DNA of 64,000 nt from Eledone cirrhosa (Eukaryota), in NCBI GenBank assembly GCA_964016885.1, contig OZ024745.1, positions 2,418,001 to 2,482,000 of the forward strand, given 5' to 3'. Under the pieces are notes generated by a model, which searched no databases, was not told the origin of the DNA, and saw nothing but the letters and a program-made list of their open reading frames with translations. Position numbers and translations under genes: made by a program. Below, in pieces: positions 1-11,858 of the stretch. Every line of letters starts with the position of its first letter. Position 1 is the stretch's first letter.

Positions 1-380
<380 letters not shown>

Positions 381-449
381 AAAAAGAGATGAAATCGAAA
401 ATGCAACTGAAGTCTTATTTTTTTTTTAAATATATATATTTATTTGGTT

Positions 450-487
450 CCTTTACCGGTTTCACAGTTCTTCTGCTTTTCAAAAGG
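450..487 (-). ncRNA. Type I hammerhead ribozyme, U3:A8 core variant
   Basis: Minus strand CCTT-TTGAAAA-GCAG aagaa CTGT-GAAA-CCGGT-A-AAGG: stems I and II, palindromic stem III ACCGGT, GUA site. Confidence 0.7.
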
Positions 488-910
488 TGAGTTGAGATGG
501 AGGGTCTGTGGTTTTTCTCACATCTGGTTGGTCTCTGAATGTTACTTGTTTTATATGGAAAAAGTGGCTCGAAATTCCAGGTTTTTCGAGAAGTAATTTG
601 AATATTCCTACTAAAGGAATCACTTTCCTACACACACACATACACACACACACAATATATATATATATATATATATATTCTCTTCATCTTAACATGCTAA
701 CCATACTCCCACACACATAACACCCATACACACACATAACAACCCCCATTTCTACTAATAGAACCACTTTCCTTCACATATATATATACACATACACAAA
801 ATATATATTCTCTCCATCTTAACATACTCGCACACACACACATAACACCCATACACACACACACACACAACCTCCTCCCCAATCTCTACTAATAGAATCA
901 TCTTCCAATA

Positions 911-949
<39 letters not shown>

Positions 950-1479
950 ACACACAAACACACAAATAAACATACATATCTTCAGTCTCAATAGAAAATC
1001 TAAACTCTGACACCCCGGCGAGCTGGCCATATTCACTGAACCAGAACATTTCTCCCAATCCCCAATCCCTTTTCTCTTGACCACTATCTCTCCATTGTCA
1101 TAACATTCACTATAAAGACTACAGAATAGTTTTCCAAATAAGGGCGCAAAAACGTAATAAAAACTTGTTCACGTGACAGCCAAATTTCATTTATAACCAA
1201 CCCCAAAAAAGCCTTCGTGAGCCTCCTTTTTTCAAGTAAAAAGAAATTCAAACACTCATATATGAAAAAACAACCTGTGACACCCCCCCCCCTCTCTCTC
1301 TCTTATTTGAAGAACTATTGTAACGCGAACTGGCGCGAAATTTATTATAATTATTGACAAACCAATCAAATTACTTCTCGAAAAACCTGGAATTTCGAGC
1401 CACTTTTTCCATATAAAACAAGTAACATTCAGAGACCAACCAGATGTGAGAAAAACCACAGACCCTCCATCTCAACTCA

Positions 1480-1517
1480 CCCTTTGAAAAGCAGAAGAAC
1501 TGCGAAACCGGTAAAGG
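1480..1517 (+). ncRNA. Type I hammerhead ribozyme, U3:A8 core variant
   Basis: CCCT-TTGAAAA-GCAG aagaa CTGC-GAAA-CCGGT-A-AAGG (one mismatch in stem I). Confidence 0.65.
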
Positions 1518-1586
1518 AACCAAATAAATATATATATTTTTTTTAAAAATAAGACTTCATTTGCATTTTCGATTTCATCCCTTTTT

Positions 1587-1633
<47 letters not shown>

Positions 1634-1794
1634 CGTGTGTGTGTGTGTATCAATACATATATATACACCCACTCACAGAAATAGAAAGAAACAGCTGTCG
1701 GAACTGGAGGTGATTTGATGTGGAAATACATCTAGAACAAGAGGAGAGTAATAGTGGGAGATGATGGGTGGGAGGGGGGGGATAGATAGAGAGA

Positions 1795-2690
1795 GGGGTG
1801 ACAGAGAGGGTGACATGGGGTGACTGAGAGGGTGACAGAGAGGGTGACAGAGAGGGTGACAGGGTGTGACTGGGAGGGTGACAGAGAGGGTGACAGGGGG
1901 TAACGGAGAGGGTGACAGGGGGTGACTGAGAGGGTGACAGAGAGGGTGACAGAGAGGGTGACAGAGAGGGTGACAGAGAGGGTGACAGGGGGTGACAGAG
2001 AGGGTGACAGGAGGTGACTGAGAGGGTGACAGAGAGGGTGACAGAGAGGGTGACAGAGAGGGTGACAGGGGGTGACAGAGAGGGTGACAGGAGGTGACAG
2101 AGAGGGTGACTGAGAGGGTGACAGAGAGGGTGACAGAGAGGGTGACAGAGAGGGTGACAGGGGGTGACTGAGAGGGTGACAGAGAGGGTTACAGGGAGTG
2201 ACTGAGAGGGTGACAGGGGTGACAGAGAGGGTGACAGGAGGTGACAGAGAGGGTGACAGGAGGTGACAGAGAGGGTGACAGAGAGGGTTACAGGGGGTGA
2301 CAGAGAGGGTTACAGGGGGTGACAGAGAGGGTGACAGGGGGTGACAGAGAGGGTGACAGAGGGGGTGACAGAGAGGGTGACAGGCGGTAAAGGAGAGGGT
2401 GACAGAGGGGGTGACAGAGAGGGTGACAGGGGGTGACAGAGAGGGTGACAGGGGGTGACTGAGAGGGTGACAGATAGAGTGACAGAGAGGGTGACAGGGG
2501 GTGACAGAGAGAGTGACAGAGAGGGTGACATGGGGTGACAGAGAGGGTGACATGGGGTGACAGAGAGGGTGACAGGGGGGTGACAGAGAGGGTGGCAGGG
2601 GGTGACAGAGAGGGTGGCAGGGGGTGACAGAGAGGGTGGCAGGGGGTGACATGGGGCGTAACTCAGGATGACCGAGAGGGTGACAGGGGT
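1795..2690 (+). repeat. G-rich minisatellite of mixed 11/12-bp units (GGGTGACAGAGA / GGGTGACAGGG)
   Basis: Direct tandem repetition. Confidence 0.95.
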
Positions 2691-2770
2691 TTCAGAGAAA
2701 GATAGGTATGTCTGTATGTATGTATATATGTATATATGTATATATGTATATATGTATGTAATGTAATGTA

Positions 2771-3976
2771 ATGTATCTCATAAGAGACCTCTTGTATGCA
2801 GATGATTGCGATCTTGTAGTGCACCCAGAGAGTGATATGCAGCACCTTTTGAATGCATTTTCTGACGCTTGCACTGCCCTAGGTCTGACTGTCAGTCTCA
2901 AAAAAACCGTCGTCATGTACCAACCTGCCGCTGGTAAGCAGTACACTGAACCAAACATCTATGTGTATGGTAAACGACTTGGAGTGGTTGATCAGTTTGT
3001 CTACCTGGGAAGCACTGTCAATCGATACAGCAACCTTGACAGTGAAATCTCACTTAGGATTAGGAAAGCAAGTGATGCTTTCGGAAAGTTAGTAAGGCGA
3101 CTTTGGGGTCGGCGAGACATATGCAAGAGGACAAAGGTAAAGGTGTACAAGGCATGTGTGCTCTCTTGTCTTCTTTATGCCTGCGAGACCTGGGTCACTT
3201 ATCGACACCACCTTAAGCAATTGGAGCGTTTCCATCACATGTGTCTCAGACGGATCCATGGCGTTCACTGGAGGGACCACATCAGTGATGTCGAGATTTT
3301 GGAAAGCTCTATGTGTGACAGTATAGAAGCTCTTGTGCTTAAGCAACGACTCCGTTGGAGTGGTCACCTTGCCAGGATGAAGGATTCTAGAATACCAAAA
3401 CAACTCTTTTATGGAGAGTTAGTTAAAGGAAAACGACCGCCATATAAACCAAAAAAGAGGTATAAGGATTCCTTGAAAGCCTCTCTGAAAGACGCTAACA
3501 CCTCTGCTGATACATGGGAAAATATTGCTGCTGATCGTAATAAATGGAGAAAGACTGTATATGAGGGAAAAGTTGCCTTTGAGGCATCTCGAATCGCATA
3601 CGAGAAAGTAAAGCGGGATGTGAGGAAGGGCATTGCTGTTGCACTTCCAGACGGAGAGGGTCCTCCAATGGTGCTGACATGCAGCGTATGTGCGAGACTC
3701 TGCCTAAGCAAAGCTGGACTCGAAAGTCATGTTCGCAGTCATAAAGTAAGACCAGTGGTTGACTACCAGGCTGCTGTTGGAGATGCTACTCATCATGCTT
3801 GCCAAACATGTGGTAGAGAATGTAAATCAGCAGGAGGGCTCAAACGACATGCAAAAGTACACGAACTCCAACCACAGCCGACTATTCCCAGTGAATGTTT
3901 TGGTTGCCAACTCTGTGCAAGACATTTTAGATCATTGACTGGGCTAAAAAGCCACATTCGATCGCAGCGCTGTTAA
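2771..3976 (+). CDS. 5'-truncated RTE-clade LINE ORF: RT C-terminus, thumb and three C2H2-type zinc fingers
   Basis: LLYADD, GLTVSLKKT, FVYLGS, KVYKACVLSCLLYACETW, RLRWSGHLARMKDSRIPKQLFYGEL; CxxC...HxxxH motifs; frame uninterrupted, but the start codon lies in the flanking repeat. Confidence 0.9.
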   Translation: MYLIRDLLYADDCDLVVHPESDMQHLLNAFSDACTALGLTVSLKKTVVMYQPAAGKQYTEPNIYVYGKRLGVVDQFVYLGSTVNRYSNLDSEISLRIRKASDAFGKLVRRLWGRRDICKRTKVKVYKACVLSCLLYACETWVTYRHHLKQLERFHHMCLRRIHGVHWRDHISDVEILESSMCDSIEALVLKQRLRWSGHLARMKDSRIPKQLFYGELVKGKRPPYKPKKRYKDSLKASLKDANTSADTWENIAADRNKWRKTVYEGKVAFEASRIAYEKVKRDVRKGIAVALPDGEGPPMVLTCSVCARLCLSKAGLESHVRSHKVRPVVDYQAAVGDATHHACQTCGRECKSAGGLKRHAKVHELQPQPTIPSECFGCQLCARHFRSLTGLKSHIRSQRC

Positions 3977-4285
3977 TTGTTATCGTGTGTGTGTATAGAT
4001 ATGTTTATGTGTGTGTGTGTGTATATATATATGGATATGTATATTATTATTGTTGTTGTTGTCGTTATTATTATTGTTGTTATTATTATTATTATTATTA
4101 TTATTGTTATTAATGTATATGTGTGTATGTATATATATATGTGTGTATAAATGTATATGTATGTGTGTATATATATATATATATTTCTTCTTTTTTATTT
4201 TATTTTATTTTTTATTTATTTATTAATATTTTTTTTCTCCTCGTGCAATGGCCATACTCGATAACGAGGGGGCAGCCATCATCAT
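2778..4285 (+). mobile_element. RTE LINE copy 1 including microsatellite-rich 3' UTR
   Basis: Ends GGCCATACTCGATAACGAGGGGGCAGCCATC then (TATG)n; closely similar to 39530-41358. Confidence 0.88.
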
Positions 4286-4348
4286 ATATGTATGCATGTT
4301 ATATATGTATGTATATATGTATGTCTGTATATATGTATGTATGTATGT

Positions 4349-4956
4349 CAGGTCACCAGTTGGTGCAACTGGTAACAGGTATCCCAGTACAACCTGTCTC
4401 ATGGTCGGGTCGTTGGCGACTAAACTGGCAACCCCACCAAGGTTTCTTGGTGAGGAGGGTGACTTTGGACATCCTGCAGGACTAAAAACAAAACCTGTCA
4501 AAGGGCAAGGGCGCTCTTTAGAATCAATGGCAATCCAAAATCACCAGGAGAGATGACCCCTTAGCCTTTGTCAAGGCAGAATTCTAGGAGAAGGAAAACT
4601 CTGATATAACACCTGCAACTCTGATGGTATCCAATGATGTTGACTTGTTCTTCTTTTTGGTAAATATCATCTTGGTTAAGAGAGTGGGACTGGCTTTGTG
4701 CAGAGCCTTTGCTCACTATAAAAGCTTCACGGCACAGGCATTGCTTTATATCTGGAGATCTCTCTGTACTTGTCGTCACATGGTACCATGGGCCCAGCAC
4801 TATGTGTCAATAATTGTCACAAGTGTAGTGTTTGTACCAGAGTTTTCAAGTCGCTGGCTGGACTAAAAAGTCACACTCGTTCAGCGCATCGGTAGGAGTT
4901 CTCCTACATGGATATAAAGTAGTGGCCGTACTCGAAAACGAGTTGGCAGCCACCAT
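4349..4956 (+). mobile_element. Short non-autonomous RTE derivative (5'UTR-like part plus last zinc finger and 3' terminus)
   Basis: Encodes CSVCTRVFKSLAGLKSHTRSAHR* and ends GGCCGTACTCGAAAACGAGTTGGCAGCCACC+(ATGT)n, homologous to the RTE 3' end. Confidence 0.6.
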
Positions 4957-5128
4957 GTATGTATGTATGTGTGCATGTATGTATGTTTGTATATGTGTAT
5001 GTATGTATATATGTATATGTGCATGTATGTCTGTATGTTTGGTTGCGTAAATCTAAGGTTACATAAGTTTAACAGGTTAAGTCTGACTGAACCAACTTAT
5101 ATATATATATATATATATATATAGATAC

Positions 5129-5201
<73 letters not shown>

Positions 5202-5205
<4 letters not shown>

Positions 5206-5626
5206 TACTTTGGGAGGGTCATGTTGCCAATGAGAAACACACGTACCAGTTGCTTTCACTTCAATTTATTATAATAAATTTATAAATTTAGGAGTTTATA
5301 AATTTCTGGTTGGTTGGTTGGTTCCACAACCAGATGATTGTTTATATATTGTCAAAGTTCTTTCGTCACCATCCCCAGTTACTGAAGAGGTCACAGAATG
5401 TGTGACGAAACAACTTTGACAATATATAAACAATCATCTGGTTGTGGAACCAACCAACCAACCAGAAATTTATAAATTCCTAAATTTATAAATTTATTAT
5501 AATAAATTGGAGTGAAAGCAACTGGTACGTGTGTTTCTTATTGGCAACATGACCCTCCCAAGGTATAACAATATCGGTTTCAACACACGTTTTCAGATAA
5601 AGAATCTTGCTAAACAAATTCAGAAA

Positions 5627-5629
<3 letters not shown>
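5202..5629 (+). mobile_element. Fold-back PLE-like element (arms 5202-5369 / 5402-5569, plus tail)
   Basis: Near-perfect inverted repeat with an HHR at the centre; (TA)n flanks. Confidence 0.75.
5378..5420 (+). ncRNA. Minimal type I hammerhead ribozyme
   Basis: GTTA-CTGAAGA-G-GTCACA gaatg TGTGAC-GAAA-CAACT-T-TGAC; the inverted arm has GAAAG, which restores stem III. Confidence 0.65.
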
Positions 5630-6089
<460 letters not shown>

Positions 6090-6302
6090 TAGATAGATAG
6101 ATATATAGATAGACTATATATATGTGTTTGTGTCTATATTGTATCTGTATTTTTGACCGTTGGTCAGACAATGGTATCATTGAGGACCGAATAAATTAAA
6201 TTAACCGATATAAAAGACACGGAAGCGAAAACCAACCAAACAGTAAGTGTATTCTGTTATTAATTCTGGCAATATCATTACACAAATATGACCCTCCCCA
6301 AG

Positions 6303-6340
<38 letters not shown>

Positions 6341-6432
6341 AAGTAATCCCGTCGGAAAGGTCCAGGAAAAAAGAGTGCTCTATGTAGGTTACAGAGCTTA
6401 TTAGTTATGTAATAAACAACATAAGATAATTA

Positions 6433-6492
6433 TTTCATTTACCAGTGGTTTCTTGAAAGCAAACAAATCTGCTTTCAGCCGTCAGAATGAAA
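6433..6492 (-). ncRNA. Type I hammerhead ribozyme (A9G, probably impaired)
   Basis: TTTCATT-CTGACGG-...-GAAAC-CACTG-GT-A-AATGAAA. Confidence 0.55.
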
Positions 6493-6541
6493 AAATTTGA
6501 AAACTTTTCAAATCCACATTCAATAAAAACACCAGGATTTT

Positions 6542-6601
6542 TTTCATTCTGACGACTGAAAGCAGATTCGTTTGCTTTCAAGAAACCACTGGTAAATTAA
6601 A
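6542..6601 (+). ncRNA. Type I hammerhead ribozyme
   Basis: TTTCATT-CTGACGA-C-TGAAAGCAGA ttcg TTTGCTTTCA-A-GAAAC-CACTG-GT-A-AATTAAA; 10-bp stem II with UUCG loop. Confidence 0.8.
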
Positions 6602-6650
6602 TAATTATCTTATGTTGTTTATTACATAACTATATATATATATATATATA

Positions 6651-6711
<61 letters not shown>

Positions 6712-7121
6712 TCAGCGAGAAACGCATTTCGGCGGGTAGAAAGAATTCACTGCCTCTGGTCAGTTGCAGATTCTAAAGAATCAATCACATGACACTGAGG
6801 TTAATCAGTTAGGAGCGGGGTGGTATTATGACAAGAGCCTACTACTACCATGAATCAGCAGTAAATTTTGGCAAGTTTTGCTCAACAAATAATTTGGAGA
6901 TAAATATAGAGAATTAGTACATCTACCAACATATGTGTACAGATGTACACCCATGCTAGCAAATATATATGTTATGTCTTAGTACCTTTGTGGTTCTATG
7001 CAGTGAATTTTTTCAGTGCTCTGGAATTTAGTCCTCGCTAGCTTTATTCCATCCACTGAATTATTATTTTTATATGGGTTCCTAGTGTCCGCGCATCGCC
7101 TGGGAACTTAGCTGAGAATAG

Positions 7122-7203
7122 ACTCCCTGATGCCGTAAGGAATTCTCTATAGTTATATTACGTAACTATATTTATCCCCTTACAGAAACTAATTAGTTGG
7201 AGT
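7122..7203 (+). ncRNA. Type I hammerhead ribozyme with long stem II (A9C in this copy)
   Basis: ACTCC-CTGATGC-...-GAAAC-TAATTA-GT-T-GGAGT. Confidence 0.6.
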
Positions 7204-7652
7204 GAAAATTTTAGTAAGTTGATTTTTAATTTTTTAAATTTTCTTATTTTACGTCTTTCATATAATTGTTCTGCATCCCCCTGCATAGAACCACAAAGGT
7301 ACTAAGACATAACATATATATTTGCTAGCATGGGTGTACATCTGTACACATATGTTGGTAGATGTACTAATTCTCTATATTTATCTCCAAATTATTTGTT
7401 GAGCAAAACTTGCCAAAATTTACTGCTGATTCATGGTAGTAGTAGACTCTGGTCATAATACCACCCCGCTCCTAACTGAGTAACCTCAGTGTCACGTGAT
7501 TGATTCTTTAGAATCTGCCACTGACCAGAGGCAGTGAATTTTTTCAGTGCTCTGGAATTTAGTCCCCGCTAGCTTTATTCCATCCACTGAATTATTATTT
7601 TTATATGGGTTCCTAGTGTCCGCGCATCGCCTGGGAACTTAGCTGAGAATAG

Positions 7653-7734
7653 ACTCCCTGATGACGTAAGGAATTCTCTATAGTTATATTACGTAACTAT
7701 ATTTATCCCCTTACAGAAACTAATTAGTTGGAGT
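7653..7734 (+). ncRNA. Type I hammerhead ribozyme with long stem II
   Basis: ACTCC-CTGATGA-C-GTAAGG...CCTTAC-A-GAAAC-TAATTA-GT-T-GGAGT; palindromic stem III. Confidence 0.8.
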
Positions 7735-7790
7735 GAAAATTTTAGTAAGTTGATTTTTAATTTTTAAAATTTTCTTATTTTACGTCTTTC

Positions 7791-7850
<60 letters not shown>

Positions 7851-7901
7851 CAACTCGGCCACGCGCCTTCACAAAATATTATATATATATATATATAATA
7901 T

Positions 7902-7941
<40 letters not shown>

Positions 7942-7959
7942 TAGTATATACATACACAC

Positions 7960-8049
<90 letters not shown>

Positions 8050-8077
8050 TATATATATATATATAATATTTTGTGAA

Positions 8078-8260
8078 GGCGCGTGGCCGAGTTGTTAGAG
8101 AACTGGATTCGCAATCGTGAGGTTGTGAGTTCGATTCCCGAACCGGGCGATGCTCCTTCTACCTGGAGTTGCGACCGATAGATAGTATTAGCAATTGGAA
8201 AGACCAATGGAAACATTGTTTCTTCGGTCCGATTTGACGAAAGTCATTCGACTGTCGATA
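8078..8260 (+). mobile_element. tRNA-derived SINE (OR/CORE-like family, CORE segment deleted)
   Basis: A box TGGCCGAGTTG, B box GTTCGATTCCC; tail shared with 18828-19031. Confidence 0.75.
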
Positions 8261-8336
8261 TATAATATATATATATATATTATATTATATTGTATTGTAT
8301 TGTATTATATTGTATTATATTATATTATAATACAAT

Positions 8337-9700
8337 GGCGGTGGATTGGCAGTATCGGTGGAGGGTCGAACGCCATGTTTCCAACATAGTTACGTCCCTT
8401 TACGATCTGAGTTCAAATCCCGCGGAGGTTGACTTTGCCTTTCATCCTTACGGGGTCGATAAAATAAAGTACCAGTAATGCACTGGCTAATTGCTGGCCT
8501 TGTGCCTAATGTAGAAACAATTATATTATATTATATTATATTTTATTATATTATATTATATTATATTATATTGTATTATATTATATTAAATTTTATTATA
8601 TTATATTATATTCTATTATATTATATTATATTATATTGTATTATATTATATTATATTATATTGTATTATATTATATTATATTATATTATATTATATTATA
8701 TTATATTATATTATATTATATTGTATTATATTATATTATATTGTATTATATTATATTGTATTATATTATATTGTATTATTTTATATTATATTGTATTATA
8801 TTATATTGTATTATATTATATTATATTGTATTATATTATATTATATTGTATTATATTATATTGTATTATATTATATTATATTGTATTATATTGTATTATA
8901 TTATATTGTATTATATTATATTGTATTATATTATATTGTATTATATTATATTGTATTATATTATATTATATTATATTATATTATATTATATTATATTATA
9001 TTATATTGTATTATATTATATTATATTATATTATATTGTATTATATTATATTGTATTATATTATATTATATTATACAATATACAATATAATATAATATAT
9101 TATATTGTATTATATTATATTATATTATATTATATTATATTATATTATATTATTATATTATATTATATTATATTATATTATAATTGTATTATTACGTCCC
9201 TTTACGATCTGAGTTCAAATCCCACCGAGGTTGACTTTGATTTCATTCTTACGGGGTCGATAAAATAAAGTACCAGTAATGCACTGGCTAATTGCTGGCC
9301 TTGTGCCTAAAGTAGAAACAATTATATTATATTATATTATATTTTATTATATTATATTATATTATATTATATTGTATTATATATATTATATTTTATTATA
9401 TTATATTATATTCTATTATATTATATTATATTGTATTATATTATATTATATTGTATTATATTATATTATATTATATTATATTGTATTATATTGTATTGTA
9501 TTATATTATATTGTATTATATTATATTGTATTATATTGAGGTTAACTTTGCCTTTCATCCTTATGGGGTCGATAAAATAAAGTACCAGTAATGTACTGGG
9601 TAATTGATGGCCTTGTGCCAAAAGTAGAAACAATTATATTATATTATATTGTATTATATTATATTATATTGTATTATATTATATTGTATTATATTATATT
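8337..9700 (+). mobile_element. OK-like SINE (8337-8520) and two 5'-truncated tandem copies (~9191-9322, ~9538-9633), each followed by (TATAT)n
   Basis: TGGCAGTATCGG A box, GAGTTCAAATCC B box, GCCTTTCATCC, GTCGATAAAATAAAGTACCAG, tail GCTGGCCTTGTGCCTAAAGTAGAAAC. Confidence 0.85.
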
Positions 9701-9996
9701 CCTAACACATTATTCTGTATGAATCGTTAATGGAAACAACAATATACACGATATATTTGACAGAAGGTAGGTTTCTAAAACATATTCTTTTGTCTGGTGT
9801 TGGAGGCAGGCGGTTGTGTGGTGATGGTCGCTAACGCATCTATTGGATCGTCTTTCAAAGATATATTAACAATCTATGTTATGTTGTTATTTCAGAAAAT
9901 GAATGCTTAGCTGTTTAGGTATCTGGAACACTTAAATTGAATCGATGTAACTCTCTTTGAAATCTGTAATAGACAGGTAATGCAGCAGGACAAGTT

Positions 9997-10126
9997 GGTC
10001 GATTCGGTAGAGGTGATAGAACGTGAGATATTTCTGGTCTCTGTGTTCTGAGTTCAAATTCTGCCAAGGTCCACTTTGCCTTTCATCCTTTCCGAGTCGA
10101 TAAAGAAAATACTAGCCCAGCACTGA
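9997..10126 (+). mobile_element. Diverged OK-like SINE
   Basis: CTGAGTTCAAATTCTGCC...CTTTGCCTTTCATCCTTTCCGAGTCGATAAA. Confidence 0.65.
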
Positions 10127-10240
<114 letters not shown>

Positions 10241-10357
10241 GCAGTCACATCCTGTATATTCTGCAGAACTAAAGGAGAGAGAGAGAGAGAGACGAGAGGC
10301 CATGTCTGTTTAGGATTTAAAATCTATGATGTCCGAAAAGCCATTCTTCCAAACTTA

Positions 10358-10557
10358 TACAAGAATCGGGCGAAAAATTCATAGGCTGAAAATTTCATAG
10401 GCTGACTAAGATACTCTCATGGAATGACCAAATGAGGTTTATTTTTCAACATGGAAGGAAACAATGCAGTTATTAATAAAAGGAGTTGAAATTAATGCCT
10501 GCAAGATTTCATAGCTGTAGCATCACGCTTTTCCGGACTTTTCAGTCGACCCTCGTA
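10358..10557. mobile_element. Mariner-type MITE remnant
   Basis: Degenerate TIRs TACAAGAATCGGGCGAAAAATTC / GGACTTTTCAGTCGACCCTCGTA (TACGAGGG-type ends). Confidence 0.55.
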
Positions 10558-10643
10558 TTAACAGTTTGACGACAATTAAACTGGGTACTGCATTTTTTTG
10601 CTACTAAAATATAATTTATCTCATTTAAAGCATTTAAATATAA

Positions 10644-10715
<72 letters not shown>

Positions 10716-11088
10716 CTCTTAGATAGACAGTTTATTGCCCACAACACCGTCAGCTCAGTGTTGTAATACTTTAAAACTAGTTGTCAACATAGATTCACGT
10801 ACCTTTATCACTTATCGTTGGAAGTAAGAACGATAAGCCAGTATTAGAGCCACAAACCGGAAACACCACCATTTTAAGCTAGACAATTAAATGGCAGATT
10901 TAAGATGAGTTGTACACTTAGTCTCTTCACGTGACGGAAACCGAGATAAATACCGACGTGGTGAACCTACTGGGTAGAGACAGACTTTAGACTTTAGACT
11001 TTTAGTTGTTTACCAGTGATAAACCTGATGACATGCGTTTGACACACTTCAATGCCCCGATCTAATCTATACATAACAAGGTTAATGT

Positions 11089-11217
<129 letters not shown>

Positions 11218-11764
11218 GCTTTCACTTTAATTGCTCTTCAACTCTCTGGCTAACAAAAACCTCGTTATTATTTCAGGTTCAAAGAGATAATGCAGGATAA
11301 ACAGAAAACGTGGTTATATAAAATTAGAAAAGAAATATGGTGGGAAACATGTGTAAAGATTTTGAATATAGGCAAAGAAAAATGATGCTTCTTGGCACGA
11401 TTTAGTCACAGATTTCTCCAGCCAACAAAAGGTATATGAAATAGGGAACATGGCGTGTAATATATGTTTGTAAATCATTGTACTCGCTTCTAATGCAGCT
11501 AGCATTTTCATAGTTGAGTTTTTGTTTCTAAAAAAGGACATTAAGCGAATCTTTAAAACTCACCTCCCCGCCGCACCTTCTACTAGTTATATTTACATCT
11601 ATTGCAATTTTGGAGACACAAACAGGCATTATATACAGGCTGTAGGCCTGGCTGTCTGTAAGCGAATATATTTGTATATGTGTGAGTACTTCGGTTTGCC
11701 TATATATATAGTTATATTTACATATCGATAAACTGTTCAATACAAGGAGTTTAAATAAATTCCC

Positions 11765-11858
<94 letters not shown>

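Larger units (their letters stand above)
6403..6631. mobile_element. Fold-back element with an HHR in each arm
   Basis: Arms ~6403-6497 / ~6537-6631 are reverse complements. Confidence 0.75.
6709..7791 (+). mobile_element. Retrozyme/PLE-like element: inverted 5' segment plus partial tandem of a 531-bp monomer
   Basis: 6735-7002 is the reverse complement of ~7281-7541; ~7000-7260 repeats directly at ~7531-7791; HHRs 531 bp apart. Confidence 0.75.

Noticed and set aside
1732-2652. 306-aa Ser/Pro-rich ORF
   Set aside because: Minisatellite translation; 11/12-bp units shift frame repeatedly
8078-8150. tRNA genes at SINE heads (also 18828, 59391, 63121)
   Set aside because: No proper cloverleaf or acceptor stem; they continue into SINE bodies
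11020-11050. CTGATGA core-like words here and at ~36528
   Set aside because: No stem II plus GAAA follows
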